Source: Lama glama
Lineage: Eukaryota
Direction: 5' to 3'
NCBI GenBank assembly: GCA_028534125.1
Contig: CM052818.1
Location: 31,498,001-31,562,000, forward strand
Length of the DNA stretch: 64,000 nucleotides
Below, piece after piece: positions 60,920 to 64,000 of this stretch. The position numbers were made by a program, and so were the translations under genes. Position 1 is the first letter of the stretch. Every line of letters begins with the position of its first letter. A model generated the notes under the pieces. That model had not been told where the DNA came from. It made no database searches and worked only from the letters and a program-made list of their open reading frames with translations.

Positions 60920-63860
60920 TAATGGGAAAAATTGACCCTAGACTAAAGGTTGTTTTGGTCCCACCAAAAAACTTGAAAGCAAATCTCTAAAGATCAAACT
61001 CTTTCCAACTAACTAAACTGAGTCCCAGAATATAGCTCAAAAATATTTAAAGAAAAAACAAATCCAGCATTCAACAATGTCAGATTCACATTATGTAGGA
61101 TCCAATAAAAAAATCAGGCATCAAAAACTGGAACAATAAAATCCATAGTGAGGAAAGTCAATCAATGGAAACAGATACAGAAATGATGCAGATGAACACA
61201 CACTTATGCAGTCAATTAATCTACAACAAAGGAGGCAAGAATATATAGTGGGGAGAAGACAGCTTCTTCAATAAATGGTGTTGGAAAAACTGAACAGTTT
61301 ATATGCAAAAGGATCAAACTGCTTTATCACATTATATACAAAAAGAAACTCAAAATGGATCAAAGACTTAAATGTAAGACCTGAAATAAATCATAAAACT
61401 CCTGGAAGAAAACATAGGCAGTACATATTTTGGTATCGGTCTTAGCAATTTTTTTTTTGGACTATCTCTTCAGGCAAAGGGAACAAAAGCAAAAATAAAC
61501 AAATAGGACTATATCAGACTAAAAAGCTTTGCATAGCAAAGGAAACTATCAACAAAACAAAAAGGCAGCCTACTGAATTGGAGAAAATACTTGTAAACAA
61601 TATATACATAAGGAGTTAATGTTCAAAATATTCAAAGAACTCCTACAACTAAATATCAAAAAAAAAAACTTGATTAAAAAATGAGCAGAGGATCTGAAGA
61701 GACATTTTTCAAAAAAAGACATACAGTTGGCCAACAGACACATGAAAAGATGCTCAACAGCACTAATCATCAGGGAAATGCAAATCAAAACCACAATGAG
61801 ATATCACTGCACACCTGTCAGAATGGCTATTATCAAAAAGACAACAAATAAGTGTTGGTGAGGATTTGGAGAAAAAGGAATGCTTGTGCACTGTTGGTGA
61901 GGTTGTAAATTGGTGCAGCCACTATGGAAAACAGTATGGAGATTCTTCAACAAGTTACAAATAAAACTATCATATGATGCAGCAAGTCTACCTCTGGGTA
62001 TTTATTTGAAGAAAATAAAACACTAATTTGAAAAGATAGATGCATCCCTATATTCATTCCAGCATTATTTACAATAGCCAAGATATGGAAGCAACCAAAG
62101 TGTCCATCAATAATGAATGGATAAAGAAGATGTGAAATACACACACACACACACCACACAAACACACAAATATTACTGAGTCATAAAAAAAGAATGAAAC
62201 ATTGCCAATTGTGAACAACATGGATGGACCTAGAGGGTATTATTCTAAGTGAAATAAATCAGATGGAGAAAAACAAATACTGTATGATTTCATTTACATT
62301 TACATTTAGTGAAATCTAAAAAACAAAACAAATGAACAAACATAACAAAACAAAAAGAGTCACAGATATGGAGAACAAACAGATGATTGCCAGAGGGGAA
62401 AGGGGTAGGGGGGATGAAAGGAACAGGTGAGGGAGATTAAGAGGTACAAACTTCCAGGTACAAAATTAATGAGTCACAGGGATGAAATGTATAGCATGGG
62501 GAATATAGTAAAAAAATATATAATATCTCTGTAAGCATGTTAAGGAGAAACATGAAAGATTTTTTTAAAGACCCAAATCAAAATTTTAGAGGAAAAAGAA
62601 AAACCCTTACCCTGTGTAAGACAAAAAAAAAAAAAAAACTGAATGGGAATAACAATAGATTAGAAACTGTGGCTGAAGAAAAAAAATAAAAACAGTACCA
62701 GTAAGCTGTAGGAGAACTTCAAGCAGCATAATAAAGGAATAATCACAGCCCCAAAAGGAGAGTAGAGAGATAGAGGGAAGAAATAGCTGAAAAACTATTT
62801 CTAAATTTTATTTGAAAGATCCAGGAAGCTCAATGAACCCCAAGCACAAGAAACATTAAAAAAAAAAAAAAAAAACTCATGGGCATGTGAAATTTGATTA
62901 TGTAATCAAATTGCTTAAAAACAATGTTAAAGAGGAAAATATTAAAAGCACCCAGAGGACATTCATGAAGAACAAAGAAAAGAATGACAGCTGATTTATT
63001 GTTGAAGACAATGCAGTCCAGAGGATAGTTGAGTAACTTGTTTACAGGATAGAAGGAAAGCACTGCAAACCTAGAATTCTTTACCTAGTAAAAACATCTT
63101 GGAAAAATGAAGTGAAATAAAGATTTTTTTAAACATACAAAAGCTGAAAGAATTGATCACCAATCCTACAGGAAACTTCAAGAAGGACCTTTGTGCAGAA
63201 GGAAAATAAAATCAAATAGAAATCTGGCTTCACACAAAGGAATAAAGAGATGGTAAGGGTAAAATATATGGGTAAATACTTTTTTAAAACCTTAAATTTA
63301 ATTGTAAATATCATTAAGAGACATTTGGTTGTTTAAAGTAGCAATAAAAACGGTGAATTATGAAGTTTATATTATATGTACAAGTAAAACATTTGGCAAG
63401 ATTAGCAAAAAGGCTGGGAGTGAGGCTGACAGAAATCAAAGTATACGGTAAGGTTCTTATGTTATATGTGAATTGGCATATTATTTGAAGATAGACTGTG
63501 ACAAATTAAAGGTGTATTTTATAAACTCTAAAGAATCATCAAAAACAAAACAGATATCAGTAATAAGCCAATGTAAGAAATAAAATAGAAGTACAGAAAA
63601 CAGTCTAACCTAAAAGAAGATGAAAATAGAAGAAACAGGGGTCAGATGGCAAACAAAGGGAAAGACAGTAAATTTAAAACCAGCCACAGCAATAATGACA
63701 TTAAATGTACATTGTATATACAGTCCCATTTTAACAGCACAAGTTATCAGACTGGAGTTTTAAAAGGTAAATGCTAACTATATTCTGTCTATTGGAAGCC
63801 AAATTGAAATATGAAGACACACATCAATTAAAAGAAAAAGGGTTGAAAAAGTTGCGGCGT
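60920..63860 (+). mobile_element. Old L1M 5'/ORF1/endonuclease-start remnant, interrupted at about 61195-62533
   Basis: gaagctcaatgaaccccaagc, aacctagaattct, aaaagctgaaagaatt (ORF1-like); aataatgacattaaatgta…aaagggttgaaaaag (start of the EN domain). Confidence 0.7.
61195..62533 (+). mobile_element. Younger L1 ORF2 3' segment plus most of the 3' UTR, lacking the terminal 3' UTR and poly-A
   Basis: caattaatctacaacaaaggaggcaagaatat…atgaaaagatgctcaac…ggaagcaaccaaagtgtccatc…gaggtacaaacttccag…ggaatatagt; ends abruptly. Confidence 0.88.
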
Positions 63861-64000
63861 AGTCACACTACTGGGAGAAGCCTCTTCTCCAACCAGGGGG
63901 GAGTAGTAAGAAGGCAGGGGGTTTGGAAGGGATGAACAGAGAAAGATGCCAGCAGTGTTGCTTCCAGAATTTCCTTTGCTGGGGAGCTTGAGTCTCCTGC

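Noticed and set aside
1..64000. CRISPR arrays, operons or prokaryotic defence systems
   Set aside because: The DNA is mammalian; there are no regularly spaced repeat-spacer units and no gene-dense coding structure.

Overview
Mammalian, CpG-depleted, repeat-rich non-coding DNA (intronic or intergenic). It is very probably from a camelid, based on a tRNA-derived vic-1-type SINE at ~48.24-48.38 kb and cetartiodactyl-type L1 3' ends. I recognise no intact host protein-coding exon, RNA gene or CRISPR array. The only protein-like ORFs are decayed LINE-1 ORF2/ORF1 fragments; the rest of the ORF track is chance ORFs, many with non-ATG starts. The window holds 25+ MIRs, L2 and old L1M remnants, MaLR/ERVL/ERV1 solo LTRs, hAT and Tigger DNA-transposon fossils, and several younger TSD-flanked L1 insertions. 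The most notable item is a 353-bp TSD-flanked element (52265-52617) made of an L1 5' UTR start joined directly to an L1 3' UTR end, exactly after an AG that is visible in other L1 copies in this window. It looks like a retrotransposed, spliced, ORF-less mini-L1. Other points: a twin-primed inverted L1 with a large internal gap, a possible endonuclease-independent L1 insertion, a three-level nested TE stack, and an orphan promoter-like motif cluster near 42.7 kb. Repeat family names come from recalled consensus sequences, and boundaries of old repeats are approximate.
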